A DNA stretch of 64,000 bases from Dimorphilus gyrociliatus (lineage: Eukaryota > Animalia > Annelida). The notes under the pieces were generated by a model that was given only the letters and a program-made list of their open reading frames with translations, was not told the origin of the DNA and did not search any database. Made by a program: the position numbers and the translations under genes. Below are positions 25,458-38,127 of the stretch, one piece after another. Within the stretch, counting starts at the first letter, position 1. Every line of letters starts with the position of its first letter. Where the stretch lies: assembly GCA_904063045.1 (NCBI GenBank), contig CAJFCJ010000007.1:740819-804818 (forward strand), in the 5' to 3' direction.

Positions 25458-28400
25458 ATGTCTGACGTATCTAAGCCAAGTAAAAGAAGCTCGTGTTCTC
25501 ATGTCGATTGTATTGGGTCAACAACTTGGGACGATGTAGTCCGAAAGGTTATAACCTTCACTTAAAATTTTAGTCAGCAATACGGCATGATAGTCATCGT
25601 GAAGAGCGAAATTAAATTAAATACTCATCTTTAAATCAAAATCATTTAGAAATTCAACAAATTACATCTATTCATAATCATTTCGAATGTTGTAAGACAA
25701 ACACATACCTACTTAGTTTACCGACAATGTCATTCAAGTACTTTATCTCAACATGCACCCAAATGCAAACGCGATTAGCATTTTAAATAATTTATTTATA
25801 AATATATTCTTTTAGCTCGAAACCAAGGAGGGCTGTAATGACTGCGAGGTCTCCGATATGAATATGTGGTTGTGTTTAAGCTGTTTATACGTAGGTTGCG
25901 GAGAATCTAATAAGGATCATAGTGCCAGTCATTATCAGGTTAGAAATCTATAAAGTTACTCTTAAATACAGAAGCCCAATAGTTGTATTACTTGTTTATT
26001 TCAGCAAAACCGAGACCATAGCCTAACGCTCAACATGTCAACTCAAAGAGTATGGTGTTATGCGTGCGAAACGGAAGTTGTAAAAAATAATAATGATCCA
26101 CCACTTCTGTAAGTGTCAAGTGTTTTATTGAAATATTAAAAATTTTAGTCTAGAGTTGATTAAACAAAATGATAGTGTTGATTTGGAAAGAGAAGATGAA
26201 AAGAGCATTAACACCATAACTAACACTTTAAAATATGATAATTATACTGAAAATAAAGTAAAGAAATTGAAAGATTGTTTTGAAAATATGTCGTAAGATG
26301 CATTTACATCAAGTTTTACTTTATGAAGATTTTTATTCTTTTATTATAAAATATGATTTGAATTAATTCTTATTTTATTAATATTTTAGCTTGCATGATC
26401 GTTCTGTAACACCAAGACGAAGTCCGAAGAGGAATATTATTTCAACAGACTATTCCGATAGCGATGACGATAGCGATGGAGGAGCTAGAGGCTTAACCGG
26501 TTTGAAAAATATAGGAAATACTTGTTACTTTAATGCTGCCGTGCAGTGTCTTTCAAACTGCGAACCTCTCAAAAGATTCTTTCTCGATTGCCAAGGTTTT
26601 GTACGAACGGATCGAAAACCATATTTATGTAAATACTATCATAAGCTCATGCTAGAAATGTGGAGCAAGAAAAGATCACCATACGCCACACCAAATCAAG
26701 TTGTAAATGCCATAAAAATTGTTCACCCTATGTTTAAAGGTTTTATGCAACAAGATGCTCAAGAATTTCTAAGATGCTTCATGGACGAAATGCACGAAGA
26801 ACTTAAACAAACAGTTGAAACTGACATACCCGAGATAGGTGAAGGCGATAAAGTCAAAGTAGATTCACAAATGGAATCAAAATCAAAACCAGAAAATACC
26901 GATGATGACGGAGATAATAATAAAAAACCATCACCAAAATTAGCTAATATACCGGATGACAAAAAATTGGAAATGTCCGGTGACAGTCCGAATCGAAGCG
27001 AAAATGAGCCGAGAATGTATAAACCTGGGCCGGGAGCTTGTTCGAAAGATTATAAAATTAAATATAGAAGTATTATATCAGATTTATTCGAAGGAAAAGT
27101 TTTGAGCTCTGTACAATGTCTCACTTGTGAGAGAGTATCAACGACAGTTGAAACTTTTCAAGACCTATCTCTCCCTATTCCGTCGAAGGAGTGCTTGCAA
27201 CTCATTCAAAGTGGTCAAGTCAAATATCAAAATCCAGTAACTTCTACAGTCGGTGTCAGGGGGAGCTGCGGAGAAGTGCAGCAATCTTGGCTAACTTGGC
27301 TTTTTTCATTGTTTAAATCATGGTTCTGGGGGCCAAATATTCGACTGCAAGACTGCTTAGCTGCATTCTTCTCTGCTGACGAATTGAAGGGTGACAATAT
27401 GTATAGTTGTGAAAAGTGCAAATTGTTGAGAAATGGAGTGAAATATTCAAAGGTTGTAAACTTGCCAGAAATCTTATGCATTCACTTGAAGAGATTTCGC
27501 CATGAATTTCTCGGATCCACTAAAATTAATACTTTTGTCTCATTCCCAATCGAAGGCTTAGATATGGCTCCTTACACCACTCCAGACTGTAAGAACAAGA
27601 TTAAAGAGTACGACTTAACAGGCGTAATTGTACACCAAGGTACAGCCGGCGGAGGCCATTATACAGCTTACGCTTGTAACGCTCCTTCTCAATCGTGGTA
27701 CGAGTATGACGATCAATCCGTAACAGAAGTAGACATTCAAACCGTTGAGAGTGCTGAGGCTTACGTTCTTTTTTACAAGAAGAAAGAATCGAATGAAACT
27801 TTGAATCTTAGGCAAGTAGCTGCTCAACTGAATGAACAATCGCAATGTAGTCTTATGAAATTCTTTGTTTCTAAACAATGGATTAACAAATTCAACACGT
27901 GTGCAGAAACATCACCAATCGATAATTCAGATTTCCTTTGTAAGCATGGTGCTATACCACCATGTAAGTGGCCATACTTTGAAGAATTAGTGTACGAAGT
28001 TCCTCAACCATTATGGGAATTCTTGTACGAAAAATATGGAGGTGGACCTGCAGTTAATCATCTCCATCAATGCAATAGTTGCTTAGAGAACACTGAAAAA
28101 CTAAAAAGAAGACAAGAGGCAGAATTTGACCAATTTGTTCAGGTAAAATCATCTTTTAAAAATGAATTTTGATAATCAACTGCCCATATTTTATTATCAC
28201 TAATCTATTTTCTTTACCTAAACAACTACAACTTTTCAATTATATTAGTATTGAAATAGTTTACACTTTCAAAAACTCTACCAATTAATGAATAGAGCAT
28301 TTGAAGTTAAAATTTAAATAAGAAAAATATTACTTATTTTACGTATATTTTTCTATATATAAAACATTCTATCATTCTTAATCGATAATGTTCATTCAAT

Positions 28401-28713
28401 TCCTCAGTTTCATGAAAAATTTCGTCAAGACGATTCTCCTTGCGTAATATATGCAATCAACATGGCATGGTTTAGAAAATGGGAAGCATTTGTTAAAGGC
28501 AACCGTTCAACACCTCCTCCACCTATTGACAATACGGCCATAGCTAACGGCAGAAACGTTCGACCACGTTCAGACAGAGGTCAACTTTCGGCGGAAACAT
28601 GGAAGTTTCTAGTAGATATATATGGTGGTGGACCCGAACTCTTACTCAAAAGTCCAGACGTATCGCAAAATGAATGTAAAGTTCACAAGGAGGATGCAAA
28701 TTCACACAATTAG
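25458..28713 (+). CDS. USP20: Ubiquitin carboxyl-terminal hydrolase 20/33 (ZnF-UBP, USP and DUSP domains)
   Basis: ZnF-UBP exons (CSHVDCIG; CNDCEVSDMNMWLCLSCLYVGCGE; VWCYACETEV). Cys box GLKNIGNTCYFNAAVQCL, QQDAQEF, His box HQGTAGGGHY, and DUSP motifs KQWINKF and AWFRKWEAFV. The symbol is family-level (USP20/USP33). Confidence 0.94.
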
Positions 28714-29303
28714 ATAAAAAAAAATTTTGCATAAATTTACCAAACATTACCTTTTCAGGCTTTTTACGTGAAAACTTTTCATCGTTTTTTTTTTGTGCAA
28801 AATTCCAAATAATATAGAGCTTTTTTTTATGTCATTGATGAAAGTTTGTTTGATATTATCCTCTTTTTTGTGAATTAGCATTAAATTATTTACAATGAAA
28901 AAAGAAAACATTAAACGTAGTTGCTTTTCATGCGAATGTGTCATTACGTAATTCTTAAAATTGATTGATTGATGTTAATATTTTCTTTCCATCTATTCGT
29001 ACTCTGTTTGTGAAGAGTACTATCGTGTCAACTACCAGAAAAAAATAAGAAAAATGTCAATAATTAAATAAAACGGATTTAAAATTTGATAAGGTTGCAA
29101 AAGGTTAATATGATAAATTTTTCGGCTACGGATCCAGTAATTAGTGAATGAGAAGATGTTATTTATTGCTTTATTGTTTTAATATGCTGCTTTATTAGTA
29201 TGATCATCAAATATTTATTAACTATTCACAAAACCCGATATGCGTATTAATTACCCTATTTAAAATAACAGTTTATAGATGTCAGTCTTCAGAGTAATTA
29301 TGA

Positions 29304-29316
29304 GCGCCATCTAGGG
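29304..29316 (-). promoter_or_regulatory. CTCF-like site upstream of the Ig-FN3-DB gene
   Basis: Minus strand reads CCCTAGATGGCGC, matching the CTCF core, about 255 bp before the ATG at 29571. Confidence 0.5.
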
Positions 29317-29570
29317 ACGTGTTTACCCTGAATAAAATGGACGGATGATAATTAATAAATCCCTATATTTTCGTGATTGAATAATATTAGTACTTCACTT
29401 TAAAAAAGATAACATTTCATAGTGAGTCATAGAAAATAGCACAAGAATTTTAATACAGGTAAGGGTTACCTTTTGTTAAATTTCGTATAGAACGCATATT
29501 CCTTTTAGGCCTTACAAAGACCGAGAACTTAGATTTAGCTCAGACCTAAATCTGCGAATTGAAGGCAAGT

Positions 29571-32500
29571 ATGAATAACATCGTGCTTTTAGTTGCTACT
29601 ACTTTTGTGGTCATTTTAACGGCATCTTGTGAGTTGATATCGAGCAATTAATTGTTAAAAAACATAAACTTATTATCTTTCAAAAAGGCGATGATATAAA
29701 AGTGTCGGTCACTCCAAAACAAGCCGATATAGAAGAATATGAGTATGTTCGCTTGAAATGTATTGTTATAAATTCTGCAGATGAGAAGGTAACAAAAAAA
29801 AACACTTCCTAAATTATTCATTTCTTCCTTCCAAAATATAATATATAATAATTTTAGAAAATCTTTTATATTACAAATTATCATGTGATCTATCGATTCG
29901 ATCTATTCATAGGGTATTTATTTATTTATTGATTGGGTGAATTTCTAGGTAATCTGGGAAAGAAAAGACGCAAGTATGGTCATAAGTGAAGATGATGTCA
30001 TTAAAGCTGATTCAAAGCTCTTCTCCGTTACTTTCGAAGGTTTGTGTTCATCTATAAAAAAATTCATTAGTTACGGTGGTTGCATTCATAATATTTAACC
30101 TTATTTTATTGACTTTTCCGTGGACTTACGAGTTCAAAATTATTGACCAAACTCTACAATACATTCTATGGATTGACTGATCGACTTATTTTAATTATTA
30201 CCTATCTATAACAGCTAAGGAAAGTACCAAAACCAGCGTTCTTACGATTCGAGGAGCTACGAGAAACGAACACGGTACCTACCAATGCAGAGTGAAAGAT
30301 ATAAGTGCTGTTGCAAAAGTTGTAGTCAAAGGATTACCTACTCCACAACCTGCGGAGGGAGCTGATTTTACGAGTATTTATTCTTTATCTTTATTCAAAA
30401 TTATACTAATCTAAGCCTACTACGGTAGCAATAACTTCAATCCTTAAGCAATAGATCTGACCAATACAGTATAGTCTTAAAATAGTGTGAGTAAGAAATA
30501 GATTAAGATACAAAGAGTTGTAAGGGTTGTAAGCCATTGATTATGAAAAGCTCTATTCTGCACATATAGCAACCAGAAAACTCATGAAAAACTTATTGAT
30601 TTTTCTCGGATATCATTGTGTTTGTTGTTGATTTTATTGCATTTTGGAGAAATTCTCCAACGTTAATTAATAAATATTTAGAAATTCTCCTAATCCTTGA
30701 ATTGATATGCTTTTTATGTCCTATTATGCAACTAGGGCTTGATAAATTTTTATAATTGAGAAATATCTATTTTATTACAGAATGCTGTATTCAGAAAAAA
30801 GTTTCAAAATCTTGTTTGCCAGCCTGCAAACCCTCAACTAGAGGAGATGATTTTGACATAACCCATTGTTCGGCCGATGTTGACAAACTTATCCATTGCG
30901 GTAGCGATGGAAGAAATCACATCAACTGTTGTTCTAGAAACAATGTTCACCCTACATGTTATGATGTTTGTGCACCGCCGGCAGGCAAAATATTCGGAGA
31001 CAAGTATCTACATTGCCTTCACACATTGGATAATATCATTCAATGCTTCGAAGAAGGACAGGTAGTTTATTTTTTTATGTTGAATTGTGTTACCGTAGTA
31101 ACATATAAAAATATTTGTAAACTTATCGATTACGGAACAGTACAATTGATATAAAGTCTTTTCAGCATAAAATATTTGTTTAACGCTATTAAATTTCCTT
31201 TAGGGTTCACTACCTTCAAAACCTACAGATTTAGAAATAACGTCCAAAGATGAATCATCTTTAACACTTAAATGGACTGCATCTTCTTTAAAAGGCGTTG
31301 TGTATTATGTTCACTATCGAGCAGTAACAGATTCCAGTTTTACTAGTAAATTATCAACTGAAACCACCTACAAGATAGAGAATCTGAAAAAAAATGAACT
31401 ATATTACATTTATGTTGTTGCTAAAGGACAACATGGATTTTCCTTACCTTCTAGTCAAATAAGGGACTATACAAAAGGACAAGTTATAATCAAGGATGAT
31501 ATAGTTATGAAAAAATGCTGCGAAACCCAAGGTATAAGGAAGGAATGCGTCAAAAATTTATGTACAGCTGAGGGCGAACGAAATAGTGCCGGTGTAGTTG
31601 CTTGTCACGAATATAGGACAAAGTTTTATCAATGCCTGATAAAAAATGAAGATCATACATCTTGTTGTAAGCGTCGTGGAGTAAATCCAACGTGTTATAA
31701 TATGTGTGATGGAACTTTAGACGTTACTGACAACTATGATAATTGCCAGTACTGGTTACCAACTATATTGTCATGTGTTGATGAAGGAGGTGTAAGCCTA
31801 CCCGAAATACCAAAAAGCGTTCGCGTTTTAAATGTCAGAAAAACCGAAGCAGATATAAGCTGGAGGATTAAAGATAAAATCACTGATTTTATAATCAGTT
31901 ACTATCCTATAGGGATGGTTACTGAAACGAAATCAACAACCACTTCTGAGACAAAAGTTACTTTAAAAAGTTTAAATGAGGATACTATATATTTTGTTGC
32001 TGTTCAATCAGTTAACGGTTCTACGAGATCCTTGAAATCGACAGAAGTTAGCTTTCTGACCAATGATGAAAGCGACTTAATTAATCCAAATCTTCCTCCA
32101 AAATCTAATCCCTATGATGAAAAAAAATGCTGTAAGGATAACAATGTAACGGCCACTTGCATGGAGTTTTGTTCATATGGTCTGAATCTTGCAAATATAA
32201 ATACAGAAAATTTAATTAATTGTGTATCAAATAATAATTTTGGTTCTATAATATCATGTGGCAACGCTGGACGAGATAATAGAAGATGTTGTGTTGATAG
32301 ACGCGTTTCTCGTAATTGTATTGACAAATGCAAATATTCAGAATCTAAAGATGGAAAATTAAATTGGCTTTTATCTGAAAACATGTGTCTCTTAGACCTA
32401 CCGTCGATGATAGATTGTATGGAAGAAGGTATTAAAAATCTTCCCAGTGCACCAAGAGGGGTCAAACTAGTTAGTTTAACAACTCATTCTATTACTATTG

Positions 32501-34870
32501 AATGGCAATATCCAGAATATCTTAGTGACAAAATCACAAATTTCCGAGTTTTCGTTGATAAAAACCCAGAGCCTCCTGTTGAGAAGAAACTAAACAAGGC
32601 TGTTATCCATAATCTTAAGCCTAACACTCAATATGAAGTATACGTTATTGCCGGAGCTTCTTCCGGAACCAGTTTACCAAGTGAATCTATTGTCGTCAGA
32701 ACATTACCCGGAGATAATTCAACCTATTTAGTATTGAACGTAACTGATTGTTGCAAAGAGCAAAAAGTTTCATCATCATGTATGGAAGCTTGTTCAGGGA
32801 ACATTCCATTAAATCTGTACCAATGCAGAGATAATTTGACTACTATTTTAAATTGTGCTGCAAAAAGTAAACCACGTCCTGATTGCTGTAAAACAGCTAA
32901 CCTGGGTAGCTGTTTGTCTACGTGCAACAGTGGTGATTCAACTGGTTCACATCCTGCTTTGAGGTGTTCGACGTCATCCCTGAAGAAATATATCTCTTGC
33001 CTTAACGAGGGAGCTCTTCTCCCAGAAGTACCCAAAGATTTTATTATAATAGAAAGAACACAATATTCTCTAACGTTTTCTTGGAAGCAGTCGGATGATC
33101 CAGGTGTTAGTTATAACATCTATTATAAATTTTTAACTGGAACTGAATCTTGGGTAAGTAATATATTTAAAAATTTGTTTTAATACAATTTCTTTACTAT
33201 AACTTATTCAGAATAAAAGAACTAATGTAACATCACCGATAAAACTTTCGAATTTGGAAGCTGGTACTTTCTATCAAGTTTATCTCGTGGCGGTTAACAA
33301 ATATGGAGAAGGTTCAAAAGAGATTTTCCATGTACAAACTGCTCATGATCAGAATATACCGAAATTATTTATTACTTCCAAACCTACAACTATAGATAAA
33401 CCTTTGAAGAAAGGTTCTGTAACGCTTACATGCAATGTATTAGCTAATCCTGAGCCAAAAGTTACTTGGAAGTTTGAAGATACCGACTTCAAAAAGAGTC
33501 AAATAACTTTTGAAATAAGCCAAAAAACTCAAGGAATTTATACTTGCCGGCCTGAGAATAATAGTTCCTCCATTAGCACCCATGTTTACATAAAATTTTT
33601 GGAAAAACCCAAAATATCGGTAAAACCAGTCTTCAAACGTAAAATAATTAGTGAGGGATATTCCTTTGGAGAAATTACTTGCTCATTCAAAGGATGGCCA
33701 AGCGTTGTATGGTTAAAAAATGATAAAGAAATTGAATATGGTAAAGAGGAAAACTATCATCTCAATGTAGCTAGTGAAGAAAATAAAGTAGATCATACAT
33801 TTGTTTCTACGCTTGATTTTAGCCCAATCCAACCAGGGGATAATGGAAAATATACTTGCAAAGGTAAAAATGATTTAGGAAGCGCTAAAGAAGATATAAC
33901 AGTAAATGTTGATGAAGGAAATCCAGAAATATTAAATAAATTTACCAAATGTTGCCAGTCTGCTGTCTCAGAAAAATGTAAGAAATCTTGCGGTAAAGTA
34001 GTAAACGGGTCTCCATGTGGAATCGAAATTTCAAGATCTCTGGAATGTGTCAGATTGGTTCCAAAATCAATTCCATCAGACTTGAAAATAGTACAATCAA
34101 AGGAATGTATAAAATTAACGTGGAGTTATCCAACAAAAGGATCTTTGGTGAAAAAGTATGAAATAGAACTTTTCAAGTCAAATAAACGAATTAAAATATA
34201 TAAAAGCAAAAATTTACAAGCAACCTTTTGCATTGGACCAAATATGGAAGCGAGTACTAAATATACAGCTTCGGTAATCAGCTATCAAATTACGAATAGA
34301 AAGTCGTCAAGTCTAACAAATATTGATTTTACAACTCCAAACGAGAAACCAGGCAAACCAACGAATATAAAACAAACTAAAGGAGAAGCTATTACCTTTT
34401 CATGGTCACCGCCAAAGGATTATCCTTATTTGGTAAAAAGTTATAGAATATCTTACAACTTGCAGAAAAAATCCAAAACAGAACCAAAAACTTTAGAAAC
34501 AAAGGTCGTCGATTTTAATGTTACATCAATTACCTTAAAACTTGATCCTACTAAAAAATACTCATTCAATTTTCAATCTGTTGGAAGTTTAGGATCGAGT
34601 CCAAAAACTCATTTGGACGTACAACCAACAAAATCCGATAAAGCAACGAAGAAAAAGATCAGCAAAACAAATGCTGCCGCTATTGTTGTTCCTATACTCA
34701 TTTGTCTTGTAGTAATAGCTGGCGCTGTTGGTGCTTTCTGGTGGTTTAGAATAAGGAGAAGACCATTCGGTTATTCAACTTCTGCTACTGAACATAGCGT
34801 CGCTTTCGAGAATCCAGGTTACGGCAATCTATCAGATGGTAAAATAGGAATATCCGGAGAAGGATATTAA
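29571..34870 (+). CDS. Type I membrane protein with Ig, fibronectin-III and cysteine-rich DB modules (IGDB/C25G4.10-like)
   Basis: Signal peptide exon at 29571 and an N-terminal Ig domain (VRLKC...VIW...GTYQC). About nine CC-x(7-9)-C-x(3-4)-C DB-type units alternate with FN3 repeats, followed by two further Ig domains, TM AAAIVVPILICLVVIAGAVGAFWWF and a tail with FENPGY. Confidence 0.85.
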
Positions 34871-35125
34871 ATTTGATTGATAGTTGAAAGAGATGTATAA
34901 AATTAACTAAACAAATTACCAAATAAAAACATTATTAAAATTTATTGTTTATTAAAAAATTAAACATGTTGTCCACAAAACATCTGTGATTTCTTTATTA
35001 TTTTCAAATGTGATAGAATTGTCCTTTTTATACAAAAACGGATAGTACACGAATCTCTAATACAAAATAAACTAAAGAATGAATATTTAAATTACTGTGA
35101 TTATCTAAATATATTATTATTTCTT

Positions 35126-36250
35126 TCAATATCGATTTGATTTTTCCTGTCTCAGGTTAACTTCCTTTCTTCTTTCGTACGAATTTACCGCAGTTGATGA
35201 AGTTGATGAGAAATTTTCAGAGCTATTCTGAAAACTTCTATTCTTAATTAGCTTGGCTAATTCCCTTCTAAACTTTGATCCCGTCATACAATAGATATAG
35301 AAATTTACTGCATTATTTGAATAACCGATAACAGTTACAGTGATAATGTACAACTGATGAGTTGGTGGTTGACCAGGCTCTTTAAAATAATATAGAAATA
35401 TCTTATAGAATGATGGAAAAGTTGCAATAAAAAAATATAAGGAAACACAGATAAGTGTTATAGTTAGCTGCAGTGTTTTTCTATCGTACGAAAATTTTCT
35501 TTGTTTCTCAGATATTAAATCATGTCTCTTCTTTGTCGATCTTATAACATGAACAATTAATCCAATATTAATAATTAAAAGTAATATAGAAGGTATAATA
35601 CAATACATAAGAGCGTCGAAAGGTATTAAAACATCGTATAAGAATATTCTAGCCGATTCTGAAATTCCACTACAGAATAAACCAGTTTCCCATTTATTTT
35701 TCGGATTTCTCATTACGTCAACCTGCCCAGTTATGTAATAGTAAGGATGAAAGAAAATCACAAATATGCATATTATAGAAATGCATACAATTGATGATCT
35801 AGATTTTGTACATATTAGTTTAGATTTTGTTGGTAGGAATATATAGATACTTCTATCAATTGTCATGGCAACAATTAGCCAAGAACTCCCCTCACTAAAT
35901 GACAAGCTACCATGGAAAATGAATGCACATACAAAGTATTTTAAAAATGGTTGAGATAATTCCACAAAGCCAACATAAAACTTCAAAGTCATAAAGATAC
36001 AATTAAATATTAAACTTAACGAATCGACAACAGCCAAAAATCTTAAATAAACAGATGTGGTCGAATCTGCCATTGAATTTCTACTGAAAACAATAAAACT
36101 TAGTGTATTACCAATTAAACCAATTATTAAGATTAGTGCTGAAGCTGTTGAAACACCAATGACAATGTCTTTCATATTCTGAGAACTTTGCGGTGGAGGT
36201 TGTGGTGGTCCAGCTTCCGGGGGAAATTCATTAAGATTTGATAAATTCAT
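35126..36250 (-). CDS. Intronless rhodopsin-class peptide-type GPCR (FMRFamide/peptide-receptor-like)
   Basis: 374-aa ORF with seven hydrophobic segments, GLIGNTLSFIVF, LAVVDSL, MTIDRS and TM7 NNAVNFYIYCMTGSKFR. Confidence 0.88.
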   Translation of the reverse strand: MNLSNLNEFPPEAGPPQPPPQSSQNMKDIVIGVSTASALILIIGLIGNTLSFIVFSRNSMADSTTSVYLRFLAVVDSLSLIFNCIFMTLKFYVGFVELSQPFLKYFVCAFIFHGSLSFSEGSSWLIVAMTIDRSIYIFLPTKSKLICTKSRSSIVCISIICIFVIFFHPYYYITGQVDVMRNPKNKWETGLFCSGISESARIFLYDVLIPFDALMYCIIPSILLLIINIGLIVHVIRSTKKRHDLISEKQRKFSYDRKTLQLTITLICVSLYFFIATFPSFYKIFLYYFKEPGQPPTHQLYIITVTVIGYSNNAVNFYIYCMTGSKFRRELAKLIKNRSFQNSSENFSSTSSTAVNSYERRKEVNLRQEKSNRY

Positions 36251-36647
36251 CTTTCTCCTCAGTACAAAAGTTTTTTTTTATGAGATATTAGAACTACTGA
36301 AACGGTTGGCAAGCAGCTAGGCAAAAAGCTCCTCTGAGATCGAAATTATATATACTTGTATATAGCGTGTTAAAAAGATGATAATGGAGCCAATGTTTCT
36401 CTTTGTTTTTGCATGCATCACACAACAATAGCGCAAGTTTTTATTCTAAGGTTGCTGAAATAGCCTAAGGAATAATATCGAAAATTAATCTTTTTTTAAA
36501 TTTTAGTTAGAGAAAAAGCAACAAAGAATTCGATAATGTATTAAAAGAGATTTCTTTTGTTATTCCGTTCTTTTGTATGTACATATAGTTTTAAGTAAAT
36601 GCTTGATTAAAAAAACAAGAGGTAAGCGTTTGAGTTTTTTTACAGGT

Positions 36648-37796
36648 TTAGCTATCCATTCCGAGTTCTTTCATAACTCGAGATTTATAATCTTCATATG
36701 ACACTTTTCCTCCTCTATCGTCATCACTAACGTCTGAGTGATCAGGACTAGCTGTATATTATAAAAAACTTATTAAGTAACGAAGCATTCACTTTCATTT
36801 GAATGTAACCTTCTATAGTCCATTCCTTCATTGCCTGAGTTATTTCACTTTCGTCGTAGTAACTCTGCACGTCTGTATGATTTAATTTCATTTAAAAATC
36901 ATAAAACATTATTAAACTTAATTACGTACATTTCGTATAATCGTCATCTTCTACATCGTCATCAAAATTTTCAGGATCAATATAATGAGGATCCTCGTCA
37001 GGATAGTCGTTACGATAGTTTCCTTCGTCATTGCTGTCGTCATCATCTTCATAAGCTTGATCATCGCTATCGTCACCGCACCTTTAAAGTTAAGTGAGTA
37101 AAATATTTACTAAAGGTTTAAATAAAATATACAGCTTGTTTACCTATATTGATTTAAAATTACATCGTTAAATACAGGTCTGATATCCAATATTTCATCT
37201 ATTCGAGGATCTCCAAAATCTCCTTTATTATAATAGTAGACATCGTAAACGTATTCCAAATCTGACTGGGTTCGAATCATCTCTTCGCCGTTACATCCGA
37301 GTTTTTCCTCAGTTTCTTTCTTATCGTCGGTGGTTATATCGAGAAGAGTATACTTGTTGTCTAGATTTTTTTTTTCAGTTTCAAGTTCACCGTCCAAGCT
37401 ATCTAATTCGATTGCTCTTTTTTCCGAGACGATTTTGTAACGTCCGGACTTGCTTGACGATTGCTTAATATCTCTATTATCTTCCTTAAAATCGCCCAAC
37501 TCATGTCTTTTATATTCTCGTTGTAATTTATCTTTTTTAATGGCCGATTTAACATGCGGTACGACCTTATCCTATCAAAAACAGTTTAGTTCAAATTATC
37601 GAATTGGTTGTTATGTTTTAATCATTACCTCAGGTTGAACAGTCCCGGCAAATTTAAACACTTGTTCTTGATCTTTTATACCCTCTTCGGATTTAGAAGC
37701 TACGCCATTTTCCAGTCTAGCTCTTTTACGACTAAAGACTAAAGAGTCTGCTGGTTTTTCATCTCTCCGCCTTTTAACTCTTACGATAGTTGCCAT
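36648..37796 (-). CDS. SLC7A6OS: RNA polymerase II nuclear localization protein SLC7A6OS/IWR1
   Basis: Starts MATIVRVKRRRDEKPADSL. Contains YVYDVYY and the IWR1 motif DDDDSNDEGNYRNDYPDED. Five exons, ending KELGMDS* at 36648. Confidence 0.85.
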
Positions 37797-38127
37797 ATTT
37801 TCAAAATTCAGGATATCCTTTCGACGAATATAAAAATACTCACGAATAACCGTTGACTCTAAGAGACAGCGTAATTTGAAAAGCTGGTAGGACTAAAACG
37901 CAGACGGTGCTGGTTTAAAGGTCGTATAAGAAAGTTTTAAACTCGGCTCACTTGTTGCATCTCTTAATACTGCAATACTCATTGTTTCTACACTCGTATT
38001 GAACCATTTTAGACAGATATAATCTTGAAATCTTAAGTAATTAACTAATAATGTACCAAATGAACTGTGTTTAACACTGGGTTTTAGTTAACCACTCGAT
38101 AGATCATTGATTGACAGTCTCACCGAC

